This document shows, piece by piece, positions 9,001 to 18,418 of a DNA stretch of 64,000 nt. Source of the stretch: a virus (Duplodnaviria; Caudoviricetes). Below the pieces are notes generated by a model. It was not told where the DNA came from, made no database searches, and was given only the letters and a program-made list of their open reading frames with translations. Both the position numbers and the translations under genes were made by a program. The stretch lies in the IMG/VR virus record IMGVR_UViG_2915066250_000005, positions 17,142 to 81,141 of that record. The stretch is one strand, 5' to 3'. The number at the start of each line of letters is the position of its first letter. Position 1 is the first letter of the stretch.

Positions 9001-10293
9001 CTTCTTATTTTCATCAATACTATTTTTAATCGCATTTGATAATTTAAAAATCTCTTTTCCACTAGGTCGAATGCTATTTTTTATTAACCACTTTATATCT
9101 ATTAATATTCCTTGAACTCTTTGATATTTTTCTTTTCCGTCTTTCCAGTCAGAAACAGCCTCTCCTATCGAATAATAATTTTCAACTTTTTCCTCAAAGT
9201 TATATACATCCTCACAAGAATCATACGGCATTAAAAAAGCGTTATATACTTCCATACCGGCTTTTCTCTCTTCTTCAAATTTCTCATCAAAACTTACATA
9301 CTCTCCATATGAGATTTGCTTATTAATAGAACTGGAATTTGGTAGGTCGGACGGGAATCTTGTTACACCATACTTGTAATATTTAGCATCCAAGATAAAT
9401 ACATCCCCAGATTCCTTCATAATGGTGTCCGGCTCCAGAGCTGCATTTTCATTATTTTTCCCAATTTTTAGGAGCCACTTTGTCCTTGGAAAATAATAAT
9501 TTTTTTCTACATTTCCAAACGTAGCTTGAATCAACCTTTCCCAAATGTATTCGAAATTATTTGTTCCAAAGTAAAATTGCTCGGGATCATCTATTGTGTT
9601 TTCAAAATTTAATATATCCAACATTGCTTGGAACAGTCTTTTATCTTTGTCAACATTGGTTCTTAATATTTTGTCACTAAGATATCTATTATACACCTGT
9701 GTGTTTTCAACAGGCTTAGGCTTTTTAGGTGATTGAAGTTTATATATCCAGCCTAATCTTATATAACTCTTATATACACAAAATTTATTTATTTCTGTTA
9801 TCAAATCTTTGTCTGTTTCATTGTGCTGTTTCACTCTGTATTGTGGATACACTATTCCGTTTTCCGTCGGAATGGCATTCTTTGTTTCTAAAAGAACTGT
9901 TCTAGGCCAGTGAATTTGACCTGAAGTACCTCTTGTAAATTGTTCTTCTGTTATCTGATAGTAACCATTGTTCAAATACTCCATGATTACAGTCATATAT
10001 GCTTGAACAGGAAATCTTACTGTTTTTAATACTTGCTCCGGTGCTATCTGAGAAATTCTAGAACGTTCATCATTATATTCTTGTAATACAGAAACTAGTT
10101 CTAAAATTTCATCTCTTACGACATCTTCATTATCTGATATTTTATAGCCTATCGGAAAATGAATAGATAAATTATGCTCACCATCAATATTTTCTGATTT
10201 AATTCCAACAAAAGTATCTCCTTCTCTGTTCGTTGCATTCCTACAATACTTAGTCAAAGGAATATCCGGATTAACATCTTGAAATCCACTCAT
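8995..10293 (-). CDS. LlaJI-family restriction endonuclease (McrC-like subunit)
   Basis: IHFPIGY, FGTNNFEYIWE, LEPDTIM...ILDAKYY PD-(D/E)xK core, KQISYGEY. Confidence 0.85.
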   Translation of the reverse strand: MSGFQDVNPDIPLTKYCRNATNREGDTFVGIKSENIDGEHNLSIHFPIGYKISDNEDVVRDEILELVSVLQEYNDERSRISQIAPEQVLKTVRFPVQAYMTVIMEYLNNGYYQITEEQFTRGTSGQIHWPRTVLLETKNAIPTENGIVYPQYRVKQHNETDKDLITEINKFCVYKSYIRLGWIYKLQSPKKPKPVENTQVYNRYLSDKILRTNVDKDKRLFQAMLDILNFENTIDDPEQFYFGTNNFEYIWERLIQATFGNVEKNYYFPRTKWLLKIGKNNENAALEPDTIMKESGDVFILDAKYYKYGVTRFPSDLPNSSSINKQISYGEYVSFDEKFEEERKAGMEVYNAFLMPYDSCEDVYNFEEKVENYYSIGEAVSDWKDGKEKYQRVQGILIDIKWLIKNSIRPSGKEIFKLSNAIKNSIDENKKK

Positions 10294-10297
10294 AAAA

Positions 10298-12151
10298 CTA
10301 TTCTTCCGATTTTTCTTCAGAATCCGAATCAGTCAAATTTATCTGATTAATATTAACTTTGTTTCTCAGTTGTTCCTTAACTTCTGAAGTAAAAATATTA
10401 AACCTCTCAAACCCACTAAAATCTGCAAAATCATCTATTACTTTTTCAAGACTTCTGTAACTAGGTTCAAACAACTTATTTCTTGCAAACTTAAAAGCAT
10501 CATCCCATAAATATTTGATAACTTTTTCAGCAAATTTTGATTCATCTTTTGATTCCAAAATGTCTCTGGTAATAAAATATGCACCTAATCTTTTATCTTC
10601 AGATGACATTGTTGATGCGTTATTTGCAAGAATAAAGTCGTTGATTGTGTTATTGAAAATCTCCCACGTTACACCTGTATCTAAAATTTCAACTTTTGCA
10701 TGCTCCGCTTTTGAAACATCGTTCTTTATTAATCTCATAACCCATCTTCTTTGAAAAGCAGTGTCAAGAGTAAATACATTCTGGTCAGCTGTATTCATAG
10801 TTGCCAATATTGATAGATTTGAAGGGATCGATACAGTATGTTCCGGGTCTCCATATACAATTTCAGCTACATTATGGTTTTTTATGGAATAAGAACTTTC
10901 CCCGGATTTATTTCTATCCAATAGTTGAAATACATCTCCAAATATCGCGGGAGCATTACCTCTATTGATTTCTTCTATAATTAGATAGAACATATCGCTA
11001 GGGTTCTTGTATGATTTTTCTACGATCCTTGTGAACGGACCAGGGGTGAATTCATAAGTTATTGTCTTGTCTTCCTTAATCGTAGGTAAAATTTGTCCAA
11101 TAAAATCTGTATTCATGTAGTCAGGATGAAAAACTATTCTCTCTATCTTAGATTCATCGTTACAATATTCTTGTTCTATTGTATAACTTTTTCCAGAACC
11201 CGGAACTCCATATAATAGGATGTTTTCCCCACCTGAAAGCCTTTCTGTTTTTTCTAAGATTGTACCATTTTGGCATTTATTACCTATTAGAAATTCTCTT
11301 AAATCAGTAAAATCTGTCGTAGACAATTTCAAAAAAGTTTCAACTCTTTTTTGGTAAGTGACGAATCTATCCTTAAGTTCAGGATTGACTGACACAGCAC
11401 CACTATTATATTCCAAATAAGGATTCATCTTTTCATTTAGAGCAGACTTTAAGACTCTCAAGGGCCCCTTAGATTCACTATCTCCATTGATGTCTATTTT
11501 TTCATTGCCGTCCAATAATTTATTATAAATACTATTTTGATTAAAAATTATACTTTTACCATTATCATTCAGCTTGTATATAGAACCTTCTGTAAAAACT
11601 TGTAAGGCAATTAGTAATGTGGTTTCATAATTTTGTTCGAAAGTCGCTGAATAACCTAACCAGTCAATTAACACTTTAATAAATTCATCAAAGTTATTAG
11701 AAATAACACTATGTATTAAATCTAAATTTGAAGAAAAATAAATTTCTTTCGGGTATCTATTTAATCCTGTTCTCTCAGCGCTGGATGGTTTTGCTTTATC
11801 AACAAAACTAAATTTGCCGAGTCTCCAAATAAGCTCAAAAGCAACAATTAGAGATTCCATTTGGGAAGTATAAAGTTTATTTGAATTTATTAAGTATTCA
11901 AACTTGTCATCTATAATTTTAAAATCACTAACATTTTCATAAATAAAATTAATAAGATTACTTTTTAGCTGAGCTGGGATTACTATTGACTTGTTTTGCT
12001 GTTCTGAATATTTCAACATGTCTGGTCTGTCATTGGATTCCCACAGCAAAATTAACAAAGCAATTGTAGATTTAACTTCTGGTAGTGAAGATTTTATACC
12101 TAATTTAAGATCTAAAGATTCATAAATTTCTAGGTTGTCTGGTCTAATCAT
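10298..12151 (-). CDS. McrB-like AAA+ GTPase restriction subunit
   Basis: Walker A GVPGSGKS, FHPDY, Walker B IEEINRGN, MNTAD GTP-specificity motif, AFQRRW. Confidence 0.9.
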   Translation of the reverse strand: MIRPDNLEIYESLDLKLGIKSSLPEVKSTIALLILLWESNDRPDMLKYSEQQNKSIVIPAQLKSNLINFIYENVSDFKIIDDKFEYLINSNKLYTSQMESLIVAFELIWRLGKFSFVDKAKPSSAERTGLNRYPKEIYFSSNLDLIHSVISNNFDEFIKVLIDWLGYSATFEQNYETTLLIALQVFTEGSIYKLNDNGKSIIFNQNSIYNKLLDGNEKIDINGDSESKGPLRVLKSALNEKMNPYLEYNSGAVSVNPELKDRFVTYQKRVETFLKLSTTDFTDLREFLIGNKCQNGTILEKTERLSGGENILLYGVPGSGKSYTIEQEYCNDESKIERIVFHPDYMNTDFIGQILPTIKEDKTITYEFTPGPFTRIVEKSYKNPSDMFYLIIEEINRGNAPAIFGDVFQLLDRNKSGESSYSIKNHNVAEIVYGDPEHTVSIPSNLSILATMNTADQNVFTLDTAFQRRWVMRLIKNDVSKAEHAKVEILDTGVTWEIFNNTINDFILANNASTMSSEDKRLGAYFITRDILESKDESKFAEKVIKYLWDDAFKFARNKLFEPSYRSLEKVIDDFADFSGFERFNIFTSEVKEQLRNKVNINQINLTDSDSEEKSEE

Positions 12152-13214
12152 TTTTCCTCTCCTCAATATCTTTAATTATAACTCTCGCAATATTTCGTGC
12201 TAAAAGTGGTGGAACAGCGTTTCCTACTTGTCTCATTTGAGACGACTTAGTACCAATAAATATAAATGTATCTGGAAACGATTGAATTCTTGCAGCTTCA
12301 CGTACCGTTATTGATCTGTTTAAATAAGGATGTGTAAACTGACCCGAAGAAGGCGTATCAAATCTAGTAGTAATAGTAACTGATGGTTCATCTATCTTCA
12401 TTCTAGACCAGGTTCCACTATATATGGATTTTGTTAGGTGCTCAGCTGGAAGAGAATCCTTGCCACCATTTGGCGGTATCATAGAAAGTCTTTCCAATAC
12501 TAATTTTGAATGTTTAGTCGCTTTATGATTATATAAAATCTTGCTATCTTTCCTAAGTCTTTTTTGGTATCTAGTTTGAGGAGGTATTTCATACTCCATT
12601 TTTTCTTCTCCCTCTCCAGAATTCAAAAAATTCAAGTCACTAATTGCATCCCAAATACTTACTTTTTCTCTTGAACCTGTCGGTAACTTTGGAGGAATTC
12701 CTTTATATTTACCTAAAATTATTGCTCTTCGCCTATTTTGCGGAACTCCAAAATCATAAGCATTCAAAACACCATATTCAAGGAAATACCCTATTTTTGA
12801 AAATAACTCATTTATCTCTTCTATAAAAAGACCATTTTCAGACGTCAATATATTAGGCACATTTTCCATTACAAAGTATTTTGGTTTAACAATTGAAACT
12901 ACTTTTACAAAATATTGAAATAAATAATTTCTCTCATCATTTATCGTTTTTCTTTTTCCTTTTTGTGAAAATCCCTGACATGGAGGACCCCCAATTATTA
13001 CATCAACAACATTTTTGTAAGGAATAAAATTTTGATAGATATCAAGTTTAGTAATATCCCCTATTATCATTTTTGTTGAAGGATGATTTTTAATGTATGA
13101 CTCTGCAATCGACTTATCTATTTCATTTGCCAATACTATTTCAAATCCTGCATCCATAAATCCTAAAGATAGACCCCCCGCACCAGCAAATAAATCTATA
13201 ACTTTTGGAATCAT
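12144..13214 (-). CDS. DNA (cytosine-5)-methyltransferase
   Basis: DLFAGAGG, GGPPCQGFS, ENV, PQNRRR, TVREAARIQSFPD, QVGNAVPP. Confidence 0.95.
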   Translation of the reverse strand: MIPKVIDLFAGAGGLSLGFMDAGFEIVLANEIDKSIAESYIKNHPSTKMIIGDITKLDIYQNFIPYKNVVDVIIGGPPCQGFSQKGKRKTINDERNYLFQYFVKVVSIVKPKYFVMENVPNILTSENGLFIEEINELFSKIGYFLEYGVLNAYDFGVPQNRRRAIILGKYKGIPPKLPTGSREKVSIWDAISDLNFLNSGEGEEKMEYEIPPQTRYQKRLRKDSKILYNHKATKHSKLVLERLSMIPPNGGKDSLPAEHLTKSIYSGTWSRMKIDEPSVTITTRFDTPSSGQFTHPYLNRSITVREAARIQSFPDTFIFIGTKSSQMRQVGNAVPPLLARNIARVIIKDIEERKND

Positions 13215-13939
13215 GCTTGTTTATCCTCATTAATTCTAGATTTTGCAATTTTAAAATAACATTCATCTATCTCGATTCCAATAAAATTCCTATCTAACTT
13301 TTTTGCAGCAACTCCAGTAGTTCCACTTCCCATGAAGGGATCTAGAATAGTTTCACCAGGATTAGATAAAAGATCAATAAAATGACTCATTAAAATTTCA
13401 GGTTTTTGAGTCGGATGTTTGCCATATCTACGTTCTCCATTAGATGTTACAGACGTTTCAATAAAATCATGATACATAGCACCATCATTATTGAAAGTTC
13501 CTGTCCTTTTTTTATATACAAAATATAACCAAGCCTCAGTAGAATTAACAAACTGTATGTTCATGTTTCTAGGCATTGGGTTTGTCTTATGCCATATTCC
13601 CGTTGTCTTATAATAAAATCCATGCGTTTCAGCAATTTTTATAAGCGTTTCTACTTTCAATATTGACATGAAAATAATCATTGAACCACCTGTTTTAATG
13701 ACATTAGAAGATTTATCGAAAAATCTATTCATAGATTCTTCCCATTCTTTAAAATCCATATCATCCCAACCAGCGTCTCCAAAGAAATTTTTTCTCATTT
13801 TACCTAAATTTGTATCTCTATTTTTCATAAAGTTTCCAAGATTATACGGCGGATCAGTCAATATTAAATCAATACTGCCATTTTCTAATCGACTCATAAC
13901 CTCAATACAGTCATCATTATATATGTTAATACTTATCAT
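13211..13939 (-). CDS. Beta-class amino DNA methyltransferase (m6A/m4C)
   Basis: ILTDPPY precedes HPTQKP and LDPFMGSGTT. Confidence 0.92.
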   Translation of the reverse strand: MISINIYNDDCIEVMSRLENGSIDLILTDPPYNLGNFMKNRDTNLGKMRKNFFGDAGWDDMDFKEWEESMNRFFDKSSNVIKTGGSMIIFMSILKVETLIKIAETHGFYYKTTGIWHKTNPMPRNMNIQFVNSTEAWLYFVYKKRTGTFNNDGAMYHDFIETSVTSNGERRYGKHPTQKPEILMSHFIDLLSNPGETILDPFMGSGTTGVAAKKLDRNFIGIEIDECYFKIAKSRINEDKQA

Positions 13940-13963
13940 TCTTTCTTACCTCAACATCAGATT

Positions 13964-14155
13964 TCATTCCGAGCTTTTCCCGCTTTTTACCCACTCGTCT
14001 AATTCTGTCTTTTTAAATTTCCATAACCTACCAACCTTATGAACAGGCATTGTAGATTTTCTTTTTATCCAACTTCTTAGTGTAACTGGTTTAATATCCA
14101 GAAATTCAGCAGCCTCTTTTAAACCTATATATCTTTCTTCTTTAAATTCATTCAT
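13964..14155 (-). CDS. Excisionase-family (MerR-like HTH) DNA-binding protein heading RM operon
   Basis: IGLKEAAEFLDIKPVTLRSWI...PVHKVGRLWKFKKTELDEW; paralog of 61890-62162. Confidence 0.8.
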   Translation of the reverse strand: MNEFKEERYIGLKEAAEFLDIKPVTLRSWIKRKSTMPVHKVGRLWKFKKTELDEWVKSGKSSE

Positions 14156-14192
14156 AAGCTACTCCTAATTATTTATTGGCACATTTTTATAT

Positions 14193-14221
14193 ATTATACC
14201 TCATTTCACCATTTTTTTCAA
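14193..14221 (-). promoter_or_regulatory. sigmaA promoter of RM operon
   Basis: TTGAAA-17 bp-TATAAT on minus strand. Confidence 0.7.
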
Positions 14222-14307
14222 TATAAAATGATATTAATTTATATTTATTAATATTTATTGTCATCTATTAGAGAAACTTTTTTACACACACCTAACAAAC
14301 ACCCTCT

Positions 14308-14325
14308 TTTTGTCTTAGGGCTAGT
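14308..14325 (+). promoter_or_regulatory. Element-1 motif copy B heading recombinase operon
   Basis: TTTTGTCTTAGGGCTAGT directly before AGGAGG RBS and ATG 14339. Confidence 0.65.
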
Positions 14326-14338
14326 AGGAGGGATTAAC

Positions 14339-14692
14339 ATGATAGAGAAACTAAGACAAGAGGGATACAGCTATAAGGAAATAGCTGACACACTTAAAAT
14401 ATCTATAAATACGGTTAAAAGTTACTGCAGACGTAATGGACTTACAGGGGTTGGTGTAAAGAAGAAACATATCTGTTTAAACTGCGGATGTGAGATTGAT
14501 GAAAGGAAAAAGTTCTGCTCATCAAAGTGTAGACAAGATTGGTGGAACAATAACTTAGACAAGGTAAATCGTAAGGCATATTACTCTTTTACTTGCTCTT
14601 ACTGCCATAAACCTTTTAATGCTTATGGAAATAAAAATAGGAAGTACTGCTCTCATGAGTGCTACATCAAGGATAGGTTTGGCCATGAATAA
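14339..14692 (+). CDS. HTH + Cys-rich zinc-finger protein of recombinase operon
   Basis: GYSYKEIADTLKISINTVKSYCRRN; CLNC...FCSSKCR..WW; CSYC...YCSHECY; paralog of 23058-23459. Confidence 0.75.
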   Translation: MIEKLRQEGYSYKEIADTLKISINTVKSYCRRNGLTGVGVKKKHICLNCGCEIDERKKFCSSKCRQDWWNNNLDKVNRKAYYSFTCSYCHKPFNAYGNKNRKYCSHECYIKDRFGHE

Positions 14693-14840
14693 TGAGTTTA
14701 AGTTTTATATTTCCTACCTCATCTTCAAAAAATTAAGGGATGAAAATGTCATCACTCAAAGAGAATTTAAGGATCTGACTCAAAAACTTTCTAAGAAATA
14801 TAATGCGGATATTCTTAGCTTTATGCTTGATATCGCTTGA
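14685..14840 (+). CDS. SHOCT-like small protein of recombinase operon
   Basis: IFKKLRDENVITQREFKDL..KL..KY; paralog of 22889-23074. Confidence 0.6.
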   Translation: MNNEFKFYISYLIFKKLRDENVITQREFKDLTQKLSKKYNADILSFMLDIA

Positions 14841-14889
14841 CTTTGAGGCTCTATATATTGATATATAGTACTGATAAGGAGGAAGTTTG

Positions 14890-16620
14890 ATGAAAAGGAT
14901 ACAAAAGATTGAAGCGAAACTTCCCACTCTTAAAAAACGAAAAAGAGTGGCGGCTTATGCAAGAGTTTCTGTAGCGAAAGGAAGAACCTTAAATTCTCTA
15001 TCACAGCAGGTAAGCTATTACAACGAACTTATAACGGCCAACAAGGATTGGGAATTTGCAGGTGTCTATTCGGATTTAGGAACAAGCGGAGCAACTGCAA
15101 ATAGAGAGCAATTTCAAGAGATGTTAAAGGCCTGTGAAGATGGAAAAATTGACCTTATCCTTACAAAATCCATATCTAGGTTTGCAAGAAATACTGTAGA
15201 TCTTCTTGAGATAGTAAGGCACTTAAAGTTAATAGGAGTTGAGGTGCATTTCGAGAAAGAAAATATAAAGACCTTCTCGGGTGACGGAGAGCTTATGCTT
15301 TCCATTCTTGCATCCTTTGCACAGGAAGAGGCAAGATCCATCTCCAACAATGTTAAATGGGGAATCAGAAAAAACTTTGAAAAAGGTAAGGGTAACTCCT
15401 TTGTACTCTATGGCTACAGATGGGATGGAGAGAAGTTTAATTTGGTAGAAGAAGAGGCTGAGGTTATAAGATACTGCTTTCAAAACTTCTTGGACGGTAA
15501 ATCAGCTGAAACGACTGCTAGAGAATTACAAGAAAAGAATATAAAAGGTCTTACGGGAAATCCCTTCAGTCCCTCAAGCATAAGAGCAATCTTAAGACAG
15601 GAAAAGTACACAGGCAACTCCAAACTGCAAAAGACTTATACCGACTTTATAACTAAAAGAGAAATTAAAAATCAAGGTGAACTGCCTATGTACTGGACGG
15701 AAAACACGCATCCTAAAATAATAGAGCTTGATGTTTTTAATAAGGTACAAGAAGAAATGGCAAGAAGAAGAGAACTTGGAGCACTCGCCAATAGAGCAAT
15801 TAATACAACTTGTCTTACAAGTAAAATCCACTGTTCTTGTGGTAGGAACTACCAAAGAAATCAGAGAAATCAAGCCGGAAGAAAGTATGCCGTTTGGATG
15901 TGTGCCGGGCAAAAAGAAGCAAGAAGAAATGGCTGCATCAATCCTTCAATCCCGGAGTACATTTTAAAAAATAAATGTGCGGAGGTTCTCGGCATTCATG
16001 AATTTGATGAAGAGGTATTTACAGAAAGAATTTCCGATATCAATGTATTAAAACCGGGACTTTTGGAATTTATCTTTAAAGACGGTCACAAAGAAAAAGT
16101 GGAGTGGAAATCCACTGCCAAAAAAGATAGGTGGACAGATGAAGTAAGACTTAACTATTCAAAGAAAAGGTCAGATCCTAATCTAAATCGAAAGATAAGC
16201 CGTTATAACGAATTTACAAGTTTTGTAAAATGCGAGAAATGTGGCAAAAGCTACAGAAGACAAAAGCTGTACCATGTAAATGGAGACATAGTCATCTGCT
16301 ACTACTGCTCGAGCAAGAAAAGCATCTGTGAAAACTCTCCTGTAAATTTGAGTGTTTTAGAAGAACTTACAGCTAAGGAACTTGGACTTAAAGCCTTTGA
16401 TAAAGACATAATGATAGAGAAATTAAGTCATATAAGTATCAATGATTATACTTTGACTTTTCACTACAAAGACGGCAAAAAGGCGACTTATAAATATGAA
16501 AATCCAATAAGTCCAAAGCCTAAACACTCGGAAGAAACAAAAAAGAAAATGAGCAAAATTCAAAAAGAACTATGGAGGCAAAGACATGAAAAAGAAAGTA
16601 ACTCAGATACCGGCAACTAA
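14890..16620 (+). CDS. Large serine recombinase A (two zinc-ribbon repeats)
   Basis: RVAAYARVS, ILTKSISRFARN, SFAQEEARSIS, LRQEKYTG, two Cys-cluster ribbons. Confidence 0.93.
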   Translation: MKRIQKIEAKLPTLKKRKRVAAYARVSVAKGRTLNSLSQQVSYYNELITANKDWEFAGVYSDLGTSGATANREQFQEMLKACEDGKIDLILTKSISRFARNTVDLLEIVRHLKLIGVEVHFEKENIKTFSGDGELMLSILASFAQEEARSISNNVKWGIRKNFEKGKGNSFVLYGYRWDGEKFNLVEEEAEVIRYCFQNFLDGKSAETTARELQEKNIKGLTGNPFSPSSIRAILRQEKYTGNSKLQKTYTDFITKREIKNQGELPMYWTENTHPKIIELDVFNKVQEEMARRRELGALANRAINTTCLTSKIHCSCGRNYQRNQRNQAGRKYAVWMCAGQKEARRNGCINPSIPEYILKNKCAEVLGIHEFDEEVFTERISDINVLKPGLLEFIFKDGHKEKVEWKSTAKKDRWTDEVRLNYSKKRSDPNLNRKISRYNEFTSFVKCEKCGKSYRRQKLYHVNGDIVICYYCSSKKSICENSPVNLSVLEELTAKELGLKAFDKDIMIEKLSHISINDYTLTFHYKDGKKATYKYENPISPKPKHSEETKKKMSKIQKELWRQRHEKESNSDTGN

Positions 16621-18133
16621 GACAAAATATTCATCCAAATCGACTGTTCAGGTTACTAAAAGAAGAGTTGCGGGATATGCCAGAGTATCTACCGATTCAG
16701 ATGAGCAATTTACTTCCTACGAGGCACAGGTGGATTACTACACCAACTATATTAAGCAAAGAGCCGACTGGGAGTTTGTAAGTATCTATACAGATGAAGG
16801 AATCTCAGGAACAAATACGAAATATAGGGAAGGCTTTAACCATATGGTTGAAGATGCACTGAATAAAAAAATAGACCTCATCATCACCAAGTCGGTGTCA
16901 AGATTTGCAAGAAACACGGTGGATAGTTTAACAACCGTAAGAAATTTAAAAGACGCAGGTGTTGAGGTCTATTTTGAGAAAGAAAACATCTGGACTTTCG
17001 ATTCCAAAGGGGAATTATTAATTACTATTATGTCCTCACTCGCACAGGAAGAGTCAAGATCTATTTCAGAAAATGTAACCTGGGGACAGAGGAAGAGATT
17101 TGCTGACGGCAAAGTTACCGTTCCATTTGCCAACTTCCTAGGCTACGATAAAGGACCGGACGGAAACTTGGTAGTCAATAAAGAAGAGGCAAAATTGGTA
17201 AAGAGGATATACCATCTTTTCATAGAAGGTTACAGCCCTTACAGGATAGCAAAGATATTAACCGAAGAAGGCATTCCTACCATTCAAGGGAAGAAAAAGT
17301 GGAGCACGAGTAGTATTAGGTCGATACTCACAAATGAAAAATATAAAGGTGATGCCCTTCTTCAAAAGTCTTTCACAGTAAATTTTCTGACCAAAGAGAA
17401 AAAAATAAATGAAGGGGAGATACCTCAATACTATGTAGAAAAGAACCATGAGGCAATTATAAAGCCTAAAATTTGGGATTTTGTACAGGATATGCTTGAA
17501 AACAGACCTAAGTACAATCACCATATCTTTTCTTCCAAAATTCTATGTGGCTCTTGTGGTACATACTATGGACCAAAGACCTGGCATTCTAATACTAAAT
17601 ATAGACGCACCATCTGGAGATGCAACAAGAAATATACGAAAAAAGAAGAACCTTGTAAAACTCCTCATCTATATGAAGAAAATATTAAAAAAGCTTTTAT
17701 AGACTCTGTAAATGAGCTAATAGCAAATAAAGAGCATATTTTAGAAGATTTAAAAATGGTAGAAGATATTTTTGATACCTCCCAACTTCAAGTTTCTCTT
17801 GAGTTATCCATCGATAAAATGAATGCCTGTAAAGCAAAGATTGAGAAACTAATAGAAGACAATTCCAAGACCAGTCAAGACCAAATAGAATATGCTAAAA
17901 AATATGAAAAGTTGGTAAATGCTTTTAATGATGAAAAAGAAAACTACGAAAGATTGGCAAAAGAAATTAGTGAAAAAGAATCAAGAAAACTGAAATACGA
18001 CTTCTTCATAGAAAAGCTGAATCTCTTAGAACCTCTTGAAGAATTTGACCCCTTGCTTTGGAACTTGATGCTTGAAAAAATGGTGGTGCATGAAGATGGA
18101 AGTTTTGAATTTAAATATGCAAATGGAATATAA
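16586..18133 (+). CDS. Large serine recombinase B
   Basis: RVAGYARVSTD, ITKSVSRFARN, LAQEESRSISEN, NEKYKGD, CGSCG..W.C..C, C-terminal coiled coil. Confidence 0.95.
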   Translation: MKKKVTQIPATKTKYSSKSTVQVTKRRVAGYARVSTDSDEQFTSYEAQVDYYTNYIKQRADWEFVSIYTDEGISGTNTKYREGFNHMVEDALNKKIDLIITKSVSRFARNTVDSLTTVRNLKDAGVEVYFEKENIWTFDSKGELLITIMSSLAQEESRSISENVTWGQRKRFADGKVTVPFANFLGYDKGPDGNLVVNKEEAKLVKRIYHLFIEGYSPYRIAKILTEEGIPTIQGKKKWSTSSIRSILTNEKYKGDALLQKSFTVNFLTKEKKINEGEIPQYYVEKNHEAIIKPKIWDFVQDMLENRPKYNHHIFSSKILCGSCGTYYGPKTWHSNTKYRRTIWRCNKKYTKKEEPCKTPHLYEENIKKAFIDSVNELIANKEHILEDLKMVEDIFDTSQLQVSLELSIDKMNACKAKIEKLIEDNSKTSQDQIEYAKKYEKLVNAFNDEKENYERLAKEISEKESRKLKYDFFIEKLNLLEPLEEFDPLLWNLMLEKMVVHEDGSFEFKYANGI

Positions 18134-18138
18134 CACTT

Positions 18139-18181
18139 AGAGCCTTGTTGGAATCGTCAATCCAGCAAGGCTCTTTCATTT
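18139..18181 (+). terminator. Rho-independent terminator after LSR B
   Basis: AGAGCCTTGTTGGA / TCCAGCAAGGCTCT stem + T-rich tail. Confidence 0.75.
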
Positions 18182-18354
18182 AATCAATATGCACACCCTT
18201 ATTATTTATCCGTTAAAAGGTTTAGGAATTTTTATATCAAGGTGGTGTGCAAAAAACTGAATTCAGAAAAAATGGCAATAAAAAAAGACCCGATTTTCAG
18301 GTCAAATGATTGAGCTACTTAACAGAAAGGCTTGAAACAGCCGTATTTTCAACT

Positions 18355-18418
18355 GTTAAAATGTATCCTATCGTTGGACTACATTTCTAGTTTCTTACTG
18401 TCTTTGATACAATTAAAC
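18355..18418. other. attP-like imperfect palindrome at junction of the two elements
   Basis: GTTAAAATGTATC ... GATACAATTAAAC (11/13 inverted match), TGTATC/GATACA span 50 bp, centre 18386/7. Confidence 0.55.

Larger units (their letters stand above)
1..18386. mobile_element. Element 1: phage-related integrative element (replication + RM + LSR pair), left end outside window
   Basis: Primase-DUF4406-BRO-PolA-DUF2815-DUF2800-sigma-like on minus; RM cassette; LSR pair on plus ending at terminator and att-like palindrome; own repeated 18-bp motif. Confidence 0.8.

Noticed and set aside
6875-14325. 18-bp inverted repeats flanking sigma-regulator-RM block as an invertible (phase-variable) segment
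   Set aside because: Both copies sit directly before operons with RBS context, and a native bidirectional terminator joins the internal convergent genes. A promoter role explains them better and no invertase is present. Not fully excluded.
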